Position numbers and translations under genes: made by a program. Below the pieces are notes generated by a model that saw nothing but the letters and a program-made list of their open reading frames with translations, did not search any database and had not been told where the DNA came from. 64,000 nucleotides of DNA from Longimicrobiales bacterium (GTDB lineage: Bacteria > Gemmatimonadota > Gemmatimonadetes > Longimicrobiales > Gaopeijiaceae): the NCBI GenBank assembly GCA_965238005.1, contig OZ250165.1, forward strand, positions 2,176,001 through 2,240,000, given 5' to 3'. Positions 1-8,428 of the stretch are shown here, one piece after another (the first letter of the stretch is position 1; each line of letters starts with the position of its first letter).

Positions 1-14
1 CAGCCTCACCGCCC

Positions 15-257
15 CTACTTGTTGTAGCGGGGATTCTTGCCCCCGTGGCTTCGCCGGTAGGACGCGAGTCGCTCCTTTTCCCACCTCTCAGCCGCCATCT
101 GCGTCGTTCGATTCCCGATAAGCCACATGCGCGAGAACCGCTTCCCCTCCGCTCGGTCCTCTTCACGACGGTCCGGGTCGTTCGTGATGCCGATGTACAC
201 AACCCGATTCTGGTCTCTCAGCTCGTACTTGTATGTGTCTCGGATGCTTCCCATCAT
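15..257 (-). CDS. Small stand-alone GIY-YIG nuclease-family protein
   Basis: YKY-x8-YIGITNDPDRR motif, AERWE glutamate helix, C-terminal PRYN. Confidence 0.75.
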   Translation of the reverse strand: MMGSIRDTYKYELRDQNRVVYIGITNDPDRREEDRAEGKRFSRMWLIGNRTTQMAAERWEKERLASYRRSHGGKNPRYNK

Positions 258-439
258 CTTCTCCTGGCTAGTTAACCCCCTTCGGGCGGTTGCCGGGTTC
301 AGGCATCTTAAGGCTGTCTTGCCTCATCCAAGTACTTCTGGAGATCTTCGTCCTCCATGTCCGCGAGGCCGCCGCATATGAGCCCGGGCACCCGGGTGGT
401 GTGATCGACCTCGCCTCTGAACGTTAGGATCGTGCCACT

Positions 440-1312
440 TCATCTTGCTAATCCTCTTCCCCTGCTGAAACGATGGGTCAACCTTGTGCCAGTTGGTTTT
501 GCTCCTCTGGCTCCGCTCCTCATCGCCGAATCGCTCGGAGCTGTTGGACTTCCGGCTCCCGGCTCCACCTGCTCCCACTCGCCCTGCTCGCTCTCGAGCT
601 GCCATTCCTCGGGTATCTTCCCGATGACGCGGAACGAGCACGGCGCGAAGCCTCGAAGCCTCGCGAACGCCTGCTCGCGAACCGAGACGACGCTCGCCCC
701 CGACGCCAGCGTCCCATAGCGGTCGAAGCGGCGGAGCACCCACAAGCGACCGTCGCTCTCGATTGCGTACTTGCCTGGCCCTCGCCGGAAAACAGCCCCC
801 ACCCGCGCCCGTTGGTCCTCACTCAAGCACCTCTGCAACGCGGCACGCTCTAACTCCTTTGACCCATAGCGGAACCAATCATCGAGTAGCGAATCGAACC
901 CACCGAGCCCCCGCACGCCGAGGCGCCTGGCTAAGGCGTCGTCAATGGTGTTCTTGGCAGACCGCATGTCCTTGAATCGGCCCCCACGCCGAAGTTCCCG
1001 TTCAGCCACTGCGTAGACCGCGCCGATCCGCAGCCGATGTATGGGGATATGTTCCCTGGACTTCTCCCGCGCCCGTTGGGCCTCGGTCACGACCGATAGA
1101 ACGTCGGTTATCCGATCGCCGCTGCCCCTCTTACGCTTCGTCCGGCAATAGCCATGACTTGACTCACCAAGATCAAGTTGCTCCGCGACCTTGCGCTCGT
1201 GCTTCAGGTCGTCGGCCAGGTAGACCGTGGCCATGCCGCCTTCACCCAGCTCACGCTCTACGCGGTAGCGGCCCTGAAGAGCGACGTTCAGGCGGACGAT
1301 GGGGTCGGACAT
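440..1312 (-). pseudogene. Chimeric ORF: first 43 codons of a Ser/Thr protein kinase fused to unrelated sequence
   Basis: GRYRVERELGEGGMATVYLADDLKHERKVA (subdomain I and start of II) stops just before the catalytic Lys; no other kinase motifs follow. Confidence 0.7.
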
Positions 1313-1365
1313 CGGGTTAGCTCGGCGAGATCAGAGCCAGCACCATGCTAGTCGCTGCCGCGCTG

Positions 1366-1710
1366 CTACGCCCGCCAATCCACGAAGACCTGATTGGGAG
1401 GCGGCGGCTCCTGCGAAGCATCCATCCCGTGAGTACCGATGAGGATCGTCTCGGCGAACCAACGGTCGAATGGCTCGTCCGAGTTTAGATACTTCGATAC
1501 GACACCATTTGGGTCATCTCCTTCCAGGCAAACGACCACGTAGTCTCCTTCGGGTGTTTGCTGGAGGCTTACGACCTCACGGGTCAGACCCATGCGCCGA
1601 TGTGACTCCTCGAAGTCAGCCCTGCGAGGGCCAGTCATCTCTGCTGCGGCCTGCTTCCAGGCCCCGGTCGTTCCAGGCAAGAGAGGTACGGCGAAGGTTG
1701 TGGCAGGCAT
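1366..1710 (-). CDS. Conserved hypothetical protein (possible dimeric alpha/beta-barrel fold)
   Basis: 114-aa ORF with AGGAG RBS and protein-like composition (FAVPLLPG...REVVSLQQTPEGD...FDRWF). Confidence 0.6.
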   Translation of the reverse strand: MPATTFAVPLLPGTTGAWKQAAAEMTGPRRADFEESHRRMGLTREVVSLQQTPEGDYVVVCLEGDDPNGVVSKYLNSDEPFDRWFAETILIGTHGMDASQEPPPPNQVFVDWRA

Positions 1711-2005
1711 GTGAAGCTCCTCTTGGTTGCTTGACGAGACGATGTCCTCGGCATCGGAGGATCAGACCGTGGTCAACATGCGAGAGCGTGCCGGTAGGCG
1801 CAAGCAGAACCCTGTCAGAAGCCCAGAATCGCCGTCTATGCGTCTTCGGGGTTTATTCGGTAGCCTGGGTAGGGTGGAGCGTCCTCGTGGCTTAGAGAGC
1901 CGTTATCGGCTTGCTGATCCGTACGCGGCTACAGCAGCACCAACGGCAGCCCCAGACGTGGAGATCCCCGACACGATGATCACGCTCACGAACCCCATCG
2001 AGCGG

Positions 2006-2038
2006 AAAGCCCCGAGCGTCCCAGCGGCGTTCGGGGCT
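2006..2038 (-). terminator. Probable intrinsic terminator
   Basis: AGCCCCGAACG/CGCTCGGGGCT stem followed by a short T run on the minus strand, downstream of 2096..2638. Confidence 0.5.
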
Positions 2039-2095
2039 GGTTACGTCTCGGAGCGTTAGACAGCTCCGGGCGTGATTGGCTAGGACGCCGAAGAA

Positions 2096-2696
2096 TTACG
2101 GACGGCCTGGTCTCGTATTCAGAATCCGAATGTCCCCAGCCACCACCGGGCGTGTTCCGAAAAAGGCCGGACCGCTCGTTGCCACAGTTGGTTTAGCCGT
2201 ACAGAACGCTGCTGCGTCGGCCAATCCGAAATCTGCCACGCTCCTGAGGAAGCTAATCCCATCGGGGTTAGGCCTTCCCGCCCTCCCGAGGTCAGCCACG
2301 CGGAAGCCTGCGTCCGCGGTTACGTTGGGGCCGGGACCGGGCGTGAACTGCTCGATCGTGCCACCGATCCATGCCTGATTTCCGTCGATGATGAAGCAGG
2401 TCACAATTCCCTGCACGCTACGGTCACTGGTTTGGTTGTGGCCTGCAAAGGCTCCGCTGACCACGTTACCCAGCTCTAGGGCGCTGAACCCGAAGCTCCG
2501 TAGGCCGCTCTCTGCGGTCCTGAATTGACCGCTTCCGGTCGCGGAACTCCTAAGTGCACCCTTCGAGAAATTGGGAAGCGGGGCGTCCACTTCGGGCTTG
2601 GATGGGGATTCACACGCGATCATTGCCAACGACAGCACAACCTATGGATCGTCCCAGAGCGCGAATGGGCCAGGGGCATAGTGGAAGTTTGTTCAT
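2096..2696 (-). CDS. Secreted/lipoprotein-like hypothetical protein, probably frameshifted in its leader
   Basis: ORF 2096..2638 has LAMIAC (lipobox-like) and a beta-rich body. The ATG at 2696 follows a GGAGGT RBS but is one base out of frame. Confidence 0.5.
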
Positions 2697-2921
2697 CGTC
2701 GCCACCTCCGAATCAGGAAACGCCACTCATTGCCGATCTTTTGTCGGCCACTCGGTGGTCTCGTCGTCGAGCAGGCGTCCTACGGGGGGGGGGCGTCAGT
2801 CAAGCGGCGGAGGCATCGGCCACCGATAGGACATCAGATTAGAGCAGCGTGTGCAGGTTCCGCAAGAGTGGCGGTGGGCAAGCCGCCGCCGGCAGGGAGA
2901 GCGGCTGGTGGTCTCTCAGAC

Positions 2922-3113
2922 CTAGATGCGGAAGGTGGGCGCTCGCAAGTGGACGATGCCCCCGTAGCGCTCGTAGTAGCGGGCCATCGCCCGGATCTTT
3001 TCGGCGGTCGGCTCGCCACGGACTGCTGAGTCCCTTGATGCGTCGGTGCGCTGACCTTGCCGTGGCGGCGTCCAGTTTGTCATTCCGTCCAACAGCATCA
3101 TGCCCACGCTCAC
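2922..3113 (-). CDS. Small hypothetical protein
   Basis: 63-codon ORF preceded by GGAGGTG; no recognisable family. Confidence 0.3.
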   Translation of the reverse strand: MSVGMMLLDGMTNWTPPRQGQRTDASRDSAVRGEPTAEKIRAMARYYERYGGIVHLRAPTFRI

Positions 3114-3120
3114 CTCCAGG

Positions 3121-3154
3121 AAAGAGAAACGGCCACCAGAAGATGGGGTGGCCG
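3121..3154 (-). terminator. Intrinsic terminator after the kinase/DUF3037-like pair
   Basis: CGGCCACC/GGTGGCCG stem followed by TTTCTCTTT on the minus strand. Confidence 0.65.
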
Positions 3155-3186
3155 CTCGTGTATGGGGATGGCGGAATGGGACGGTT

Positions 3187-4050
3187 CTAGTCGAGGCTCT
3201 CGGTCAAGCCATCCAAGAGCGAACCGGCTTCGACAAGGCCGACGCTAGTTAGCGCCGATCTGGTAGCGTTCCGGAAGGCAGACCTCTCGTGAAGGAGGTT
3301 GAAGGTTGTTCCGGGTGCGACCCGAGCTTCGATCCAAGACTTCATGTCGGCCTCACCGTTGAGTCCCCCTGGCGAGGAGAGATATCCTACCACTACGTAA
3401 GGGGCCTCCGTAGGTCCGGCCATGATCCGCTCAAGGCGCGACACCAATGCGTCGGCATCCCGCCTTCCTGTTACGGAGGCGAGGTTCACCCCCTCTACCA
3501 CGACGACGCCCTGGGGGCCAATTGCTCCACGATTCACTGCCTCCTGATGCTGCTGAAAGGCGATAAGTCGGGTTCGCTTGATCAGTTTGCGATCCAAGGC
3601 CTTCCCTAGAGCGCGGGAGATGTACCCTCCGATCCTGGAGCTCGCCGCCGCGGTATGCGGCTGCGCAACCGCCTCAAATAGGAGGGGGAACTCCTCGTCC
3701 GGGTCTTCCATACGTTGCATAGCAGAGGGTCGGTCGAATCTCACACCTGTGGACAAGAGCTCATGGACCGCGAGCCAAAACCCCCCCTGCCAAGGCTCGT
3801 GGGATGTTTCAGCGTAGGGGACCCTACCGGCTTTCGCCCAGTTGCGAAGATCACGCTCGGCTAGCCTGGCCAGAGCGAGTCGTCTATGTGGGATCTTGCG
3901 CCCAGCCTCCCCCGGATCGAGGAGCCGGATATCGAACCATTCTCGCGACGCATCCCAAGCGACCACACCCACAGGCTTGGTCGGTTCCGTCGGCGGACCG
4001 GTCAGGAGCCGGATCGTCGAAAATCCGTAGTCAATTTCGCTGAGGCTCAT
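3187..4050 (-). CDS. DUF3037-like protein, partner of the HipA-like kinase
   Basis: N-terminal YGFSTIRLL...PVGVVAW resembles the DUF3037 Y-x-xIRY...NVGVV start; begins 3 bp after the kinase stop. Confidence 0.55.
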   Translation of the reverse strand: MSLSEIDYGFSTIRLLTGPPTEPTKPVGVVAWDASREWFDIRLLDPGEAGRKIPHRRLALARLAERDLRNWAKAGRVPYAETSHEPWQGGFWLAVHELLSTGVRFDRPSAMQRMEDPDEEFPLLFEAVAQPHTAAASSRIGGYISRALGKALDRKLIKRTRLIAFQQHQEAVNRGAIGPQGVVVVEGVNLASVTGRRDADALVSRLERIMAGPTEAPYVVVGYLSSPGGLNGEADMKSWIEARVAPGTTFNLLHERSAFRNATRSALTSVGLVEAGSLLDGLTESLD

Positions 4051-4053
4051 ATA

Positions 4054-4899
4054 TCAATCTAGGGAAAACAAGTCGAGCCCGCCGTGTTCTTCCACAATCC
4101 GGCACTTCTCAAGCCATCCATTTAGGTCCACAAGAGTATCGAGCCCGCTGGTACGGGCATCCAAGAAACGCTGAACCTCTTCAACGTGCACACCCCCCCG
4201 TTCTATCCACTCTGCCGGGACGTCGTTGACCGCTCCACGAACCTGGTCGGTGCAAGCGATCATACCCTGGACCATCTGCTCGACAGCGAGAGAGCCCGCC
4301 TCGATCGCGACTTGTTCTGCCTGAGGAAGAAGCACTGCCATAAGGTCTCCGATCCGCCGATCCAGGCACCCCGGGTCACGGAGACACTGGTGAGAGTGGA
4401 ATGCCTCGCTATGGTCAATCGGAACGACGGTGAGCCCCCTTGTCTTTTCCCGGGCTTGGAGCAGAACGTTTCCGTCCGTCAGGCGGTCCCGATTCCCGAT
4501 AATCGCATCAGCCAGAAACACCCTGAAGAGTTCCGTAGCATTCGCAAGTTCGTCTAGACGGATGGAGTCGGGGTTCGGGCCGTGGGCGTCATCAAGAAAA
4601 ACCGTCCCCCAGTGGCGACCAGGTAGCACCGGAGGATCGAACCCATATTGAGCGGATGCGCCTTCGGCGAGTTCCTGGTTCAAGTGCACGATCACCCCGG
4701 GCGCCAGGGCGAAGTCCAAGATTTGGAGGACCCGGTGGGCCGTCGCCTCGGCGAAGCACATTGCCGCCGACTCGGGTCCACGTTGCAGCTTGGTTCGGAC
4801 GATCACGTCCTGTTCTATATCGTGGCCGGTGCAAAGTAGATCGACCGGTGACCACTTCCCAGGTATGCAACCTTCCGAGAAAGCCCGAATAGCGTGCAT
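4054..4899 (-). CDS. HipA-like (PI3/4-kinase superfamily) kinase
   Basis: RTK lysine, FAEATA glutamate helix, DAIIGNRDR-x3-GNVLL catalytic loop, PIDHSEAF metal-binding motif. Confidence 0.8.
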   Translation of the reverse strand: MHAIRAFSEGCIPGKWSPVDLLCTGHDIEQDVIVRTKLQRGPESAAMCFAEATAHRVLQILDFALAPGVIVHLNQELAEGASAQYGFDPPVLPGRHWGTVFLDDAHGPNPDSIRLDELANATELFRVFLADAIIGNRDRLTDGNVLLQAREKTRGLTVVPIDHSEAFHSHQCLRDPGCLDRRIGDLMAVLLPQAEQVAIEAGSLAVEQMVQGMIACTDQVRGAVNDVPAEWIERGGVHVEEVQRFLDARTSGLDTLVDLNGWLEKCRIVEEHGGLDLFSLD

Positions 4900-5003
4900 C
4901 TCTATGAACGGCAGAAGACCACCCCTTTCAGCCCAGCCTCTCCATCACCGCCTCATCCCAGCTCCTCCACCCGTACGTGGATGGGGCGTTAACGGCTCGC
5001 AGC

Positions 5004-5927
5004 TCATTGCGCCTCACGGGCGTCCTGCACCACAGTTTCGTCGCCAGCCATCTCCGCCCTGGTCGAATCGGTCGCGGGATCACCTCCGGGTAGTGTGGTC
5101 TCCTCCGCGGGTTCGTTCGGGTTCTTCACGAGGACCTTCCACTCCGGGTCCATGAACAGTACGTGGACTCCGCGATTTTGCATTGCTGTCACCTCATCCA
5201 GCGTGGTCTCGAGGCCCAGCCCCCTGAGCCAGGCCAGAACGTCCGCCGGATGGATGAAATTTAGGACTGGCGTGGAGCCCGGAATCCATTGTGGGAAGAT
5301 GCCTTCGTTTGACGGCATCTCAACGTCGTCCTTGTACCGTTCCTGAACCTCGCCCCTGTAGGCATCGAGAATCCTCATCTCTTCGGGCGGGAACTTGTGG
5401 CCAATAGCTGTTTCGTACAGCGAACCACACAGCCCAGATGTGTGGACGGTTTGCGGGGCGATGAGTCGAAGAATCACTTCGACGTGGGCAACCAGCGACT
5501 CTCCCCAAGGGCCAAGCTCTCTGGAGGACGTAGTCGCTAGATAGAGCTCTCCGAGTATCTGGTCGTAAAAACCGCTAAGGGGCTTGTCTCGCCAAGTGAC
5601 GGCAAGTGTTCTCAGGCGTCGGTCTAGGTCGCTGGCGACCGCATCGATGACCGTCTTCGTATTGGTTGTTGGAGACCACCCCTTGTGGTCCCCAACACGG
5701 CCCTCCGGTCCAAGCAAGAGCCACGAAGCATCCACATCGAAGGCGCGGGACACCGCGGCGGTGAACTCACTGGGGATCTTTGTGGTTTCGCCTGACAGGT
5801 AGTTGATCACGGTAGGTTGGGATACTTCATACCCCTGCCTTCGCACCGCGTCAGCAAATTTCTCGAAGCTCAACCCGCCCAGCTTCTCCTCCCGAAGCAC
5901 AGCCAAACGCTCAGAAAGTGTAGCCAT
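5004..5927 (-). CDS. XRE/cI-like HTH repressor with an unrecognised C-terminal domain
   Basis: LSERLAVLRE...LSFEKFADAV...VSQPTVINYLSG...FDVDASWLLLG (cro/C1-type HTH). Confidence 0.8.
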   Translation of the reverse strand: MATLSERLAVLREEKLGGLSFEKFADAVRRQGYEVSQPTVINYLSGETTKIPSEFTAAVSRAFDVDASWLLLGPEGRVGDHKGWSPTTNTKTVIDAVASDLDRRLRTLAVTWRDKPLSGFYDQILGELYLATTSSRELGPWGESLVAHVEVILRLIAPQTVHTSGLCGSLYETAIGHKFPPEEMRILDAYRGEVQERYKDDVEMPSNEGIFPQWIPGSTPVLNFIHPADVLAWLRGLGLETTLDEVTAMQNRGVHVLFMDPEWKVLVKNPNEPAEETTLPGGDPATDSTRAEMAGDETVVQDAREAQ

Positions 5928-5938
5928 AACAAAGATCC

Positions 5939-6000
5939 ATTGTATTCGTAATCACGATTCGTTAAAATTTATGTGTCTTGCACAATAATTGTAGTGCCAA
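5939..6000. promoter_or_regulatory. Overlapping divergent promoters and candidate operators
   Basis: Plus strand TTGTAT(5940-5945)-17 bp-TAAAAT(5963-5968); minus strand TACAAT at 5939-5944; palindromes AATC-AC-GATT and ACAAT-A-ATTGT; strongly AT-rich. Confidence 0.65.
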
Positions 6001-6010
6001 CTCAAGATTA

Positions 6011-6220
6011 ATGCCAATCCAGAATACCAAGAACCTTAAGCCCGCCGCAAGAAACACTGTCGCCCTTGCTGCCCAGGTCCCCGAGGAATATGCCGCCGAA
6101 TTCGAGGTGATCCAGCGACAGCGGGGCGACCAGTTCATGTCGGACACTGTCCGGGTCGCTCTCGAGGAGTTCCGCCGAAGACATTGGCGTGGGCACCTCG
6201 CAGAAACGGGGGTCGCCTGA
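6011..6220 (+). CDS. Small ribbon-helix-helix-like regulator in the Cro position
   Basis: TVALAAQVPEEYAAEFEVI...MSDTVRVALEEF strand-helix-helix pattern; divergent from the repressor. Confidence 0.6.
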   Translation: MPIQNTKNLKPAARNTVALAAQVPEEYAAEFEVIQRQRGDQFMSDTVRVALEEFRRRHWRGHLAETGVA

Positions 6221-6443
6221 CATGCCCGACGAAATCGTTTCTCTGCAATCGCTCGTTCTCCATCGAGAGGCCGGTTTGGGACCGCCGGATCTTTGTCCGG
6301 AAGCCGTTCGATGATCTCAAGCGCAACGACGACGGCGAGCGGGTTGTGGTTCACGTCGAGTACGCGACAGATGCACGGGCAATGCATCGCGTGGGGGTGC
6401 GCCTCCAGAAGGGGAGTTGTGCGCCATGGTGCCGGAGGATGTC

Positions 6444-6590
6444 ATGAGCGAAGACGAGGCCCACGAACTCTGGGACCATCTACGAGAGAGGGGCGAGTGG
6501 TTCAGGGCTACGCCGGAACTGAGGGCATGGGCGGATGCACTGAATGACATGTGGGTGACAAGCGACATTGAGAGGGCGACAGATGAGTGA
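6444..6590 (+). CDS. 48-aa ORF resembling the C-terminal end of a T5orf172/Mug113 GIY-YIG domain (not in the ORF track)
   Basis: GGAGG RBS; translates to MSEDEAHELWDHLRERGEWFRATPELRAWADAL...; stop overlaps the next start. Confidence 0.4.
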   Translation: MSEDEAHELWDHLRERGEWFRATPELRAWADALNDMWVTSDIERATDE

Positions 6591-6966
6591 CGAACTGACG
6601 CGAGATGAGGCTACGTTGGAGCTCGCCGAGATATGGGAGGAGCAAGCGGCTGGCCTCGAGAAGTTCGACGCTAAAGACCGAGCGGCCAAGACGCTGCGGA
6701 TGTGTGCCGAGGACGTGAGGAAGACGACCGAGGAGCACGCACAGGAATGGGTGCCGCACGCGACGATCCGGCAACGCACCGGCTGGTCGGACATCACTCT
6801 CAGGAAGTCGTACCTACGCCTTGAGGAAGTCGGACAGGCACGCAAGCGAGCGGGGCGCTGGGAGGTGCTACGCGGGGCCGCGATGTCGATTGAGGTGAAG
6901 CACGGCCACGAACCGCTCGAGGGGTTGGACATCCCCGAGATGGCCCGCACGCTGGCAGCGTCATAG
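6583..6966 (+). CDS. Excisionase-like winged-helix DNA-binding protein
   Basis: EWVPHATIRQRTGWSDITLRK...ARKRAGRWEV; immediately upstream of the integrase. Confidence 0.55.
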   Translation: MSDELTRDEATLELAEIWEEQAAGLEKFDAKDRAAKTLRMCAEDVRKTTEEHAQEWVPHATIRQRTGWSDITLRKSYLRLEEVGQARKRAGRWEVLRGAAMSIEVKHGHEPLEGLDIPEMARTLAAS

Positions 6967-6970
6967 CGTC

Positions 6971-8167
6971 ATGTCTCCCTGGTCACATTCCGCGGGGCGT
7001 CGCGCCACTAGGACCGAGCCATCCAGCAAGGTCCGAGTCTACGAGCGCACCGACGTGGGCGGCATCTTCATGGCACGCTCATGGGCTCTGACGCCTTCTG
7101 GGCGCCCCGAGGAGACCCGCCTACCCGATGGGGTGGACAGAGAGAGCGCAAAGCTCCTAGCGGACCTAACGGCGGCGGAGCGGCGCAAGGATGTGTTGGC
7201 CGGCAGGACTAAGCTCGGCACCGCCAAGCCCATCACGCTCGACGCTCTCATTCAGAGGTACCACCGGAGCGCGGTAGCGAAGGGCTGGTCCGACTCACAC
7301 CGAGGCGACAAGGACAGGGGACGCAAGTATTGGGTTGGTGCTTTGCGTACCGACATGAACGTGCTGGAGCTCACACGCGAAAAGGTGGTGGCTCCGATAC
7401 TCAGGGCGATGGACAACGGCATGAGCCCGCGGGTGGCCAAGAAGCGCCTGAGCTACATACGGGCCGCAGTGCTTTGGGGGCGTGATGAGTCCCGGCTCTA
7501 CGACACCAACCCATTACAGGGTCTCAAGATTCAAAAGGTGGCACAGTACGAGCCGAACACCGAAGGGCTCATCTACTCCGTGATCGACGCCTCTTCCCTG
7601 CTCCAGCCGCATGATGACGTAGACTGGCGAGCCACGCTGGCCGCTAACATCGCATACGACACGGGCCGGCGCATCACGGCGATCCTCGCCCTAACGACCG
7701 AGGATGTGAAGGCCGACAGTGAGCGCATCTTCCTGCACTTCAGGAAAGAGTTCGACAAGGCCAACAAGGACGCTCACGTACCGATTAGCCGACCTACCGG
7801 CCTGTTACTCGCCGACGCCCTCGAGCAGGACGTGGTGAAAGAGTTCGGGTGGCTGTTCCCCGAGGGTCGCCTCGACTATAACGACCCGCGTGACAAGCCT
7901 TGGTCGAAAGACTCAGCTATAGACGCCCTCACCGACGCCGAGGGCATCCACGGCATTGGGCACGTGACCGGCAGGGCCTACCACGGACTCAAGCGGACAC
8001 ACGTCACCACGAGCATGGAGCTCTCACACGGTGACACCGAATTGGTCGGTGACCTGACCGGCAACCTGTCGGCAGAGCTCCTTAGAAAGGTCTACCGCTT
8101 CGGCAACAGGGGCACGATGGCAAGGCATGTAGACGCCATTAGGGGCGTCCTGGAAGCTGGCAAATAG
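6971..8167 (+). CDS. Tyrosine recombinase/integrase
   Basis: TGRRITAILAL (Arg), FDKANK (Lys), YHGLKR (HxxR), LTGN...KVY (Tyr); adjacent to a tRNA. Confidence 0.9.
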   Translation: MSPWSHSAGRRATRTEPSSKVRVYERTDVGGIFMARSWALTPSGRPEETRLPDGVDRESAKLLADLTAAERRKDVLAGRTKLGTAKPITLDALIQRYHRSAVAKGWSDSHRGDKDRGRKYWVGALRTDMNVLELTREKVVAPILRAMDNGMSPRVAKKRLSYIRAAVLWGRDESRLYDTNPLQGLKIQKVAQYEPNTEGLIYSVIDASSLLQPHDDVDWRATLAANIAYDTGRRITAILALTTEDVKADSERIFLHFRKEFDKANKDAHVPISRPTGLLLADALEQDVVKEFGWLFPEGRLDYNDPRDKPWSKDSAIDALTDAEGIHGIGHVTGRAYHGLKRTHVTTSMELSHGDTELVGDLTGNLSAELLRKVYRFGNRGTMARHVDAIRGVLEAGK

Positions 8168-8214
8168 CGCATGAATCGACACGTGAATATGCACGCGGAA
8201 TCTGACAGAAACAA

Positions 8215-8248
8215 AGGACCCCAAAAACCTAGTATTTTCGGGGGTCCT
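8215..8248. terminator. Hairpin between the convergent integrase and tRNA
   Basis: AGGACCCC...GGGGTCCT inverted repeat. Confidence 0.5.
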
Positions 8249-8252
8249 CAGA

Positions 8253-8323
8253 TTGGCCCGGATGGATTCGAACCATCACCGCCGGTGCCAAAGACCGGTG
8301 TCCTGCCATTAGACGACGGGCCA
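8253..8323 (-). tRNA. tRNA-Gln (anticodon UUG), CCA not encoded
   Basis: Reverse complement TGGCCCG...CTTTGGC...GGTTCGAATCC...CGGGCCA folds as a cloverleaf. Confidence 0.95.
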
Positions 8324-8381
8324 TAAAGGAAAGCGCGCTGTCCCTGCCGGACGGACCCTCGGGCACGAAGCAGGTGACACA

Positions 8382-8410
8382 ATCCTACCCGAGGGCCGTC
8401 CTCGGTTCAA
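8382..8410 (-). promoter_or_regulatory. sigma70-type promoter for tRNA-Gln
   Basis: TTGAAC-17 bp-TAGGAT on the minus strand. Confidence 0.6.
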
Positions 8411-8428
8411 CCCGTGACGCCCGGGGAT

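Larger units (their letters stand above)
1..8252. mobile_element. Integrative element (prophage/satellite/ICE-like) at the tRNA-Gln 3' end; left boundary not in window
   Basis: Tyrosine integrase ends 85 bp from the tRNA 3' end. Xis-like, XRE and RHH genes are present, the cargo is accessory-type, and the DNA looks less GC-rich than the flank. No second att copy was found in the window. Confidence 0.8.

Noticed and set aside
310..445. Second in-frame TGA (LAR*SGTILTF...) as evidence of UGA recoding
   Set aside because: The ORF is chimeric and unvalidated, and many core genes here end in TGA, so the standard code applies
2074..2080. GATTGGC as the second att site of the element
   Set aside because: Only a 7-bp match to the tRNA 3' flank; expected by chance
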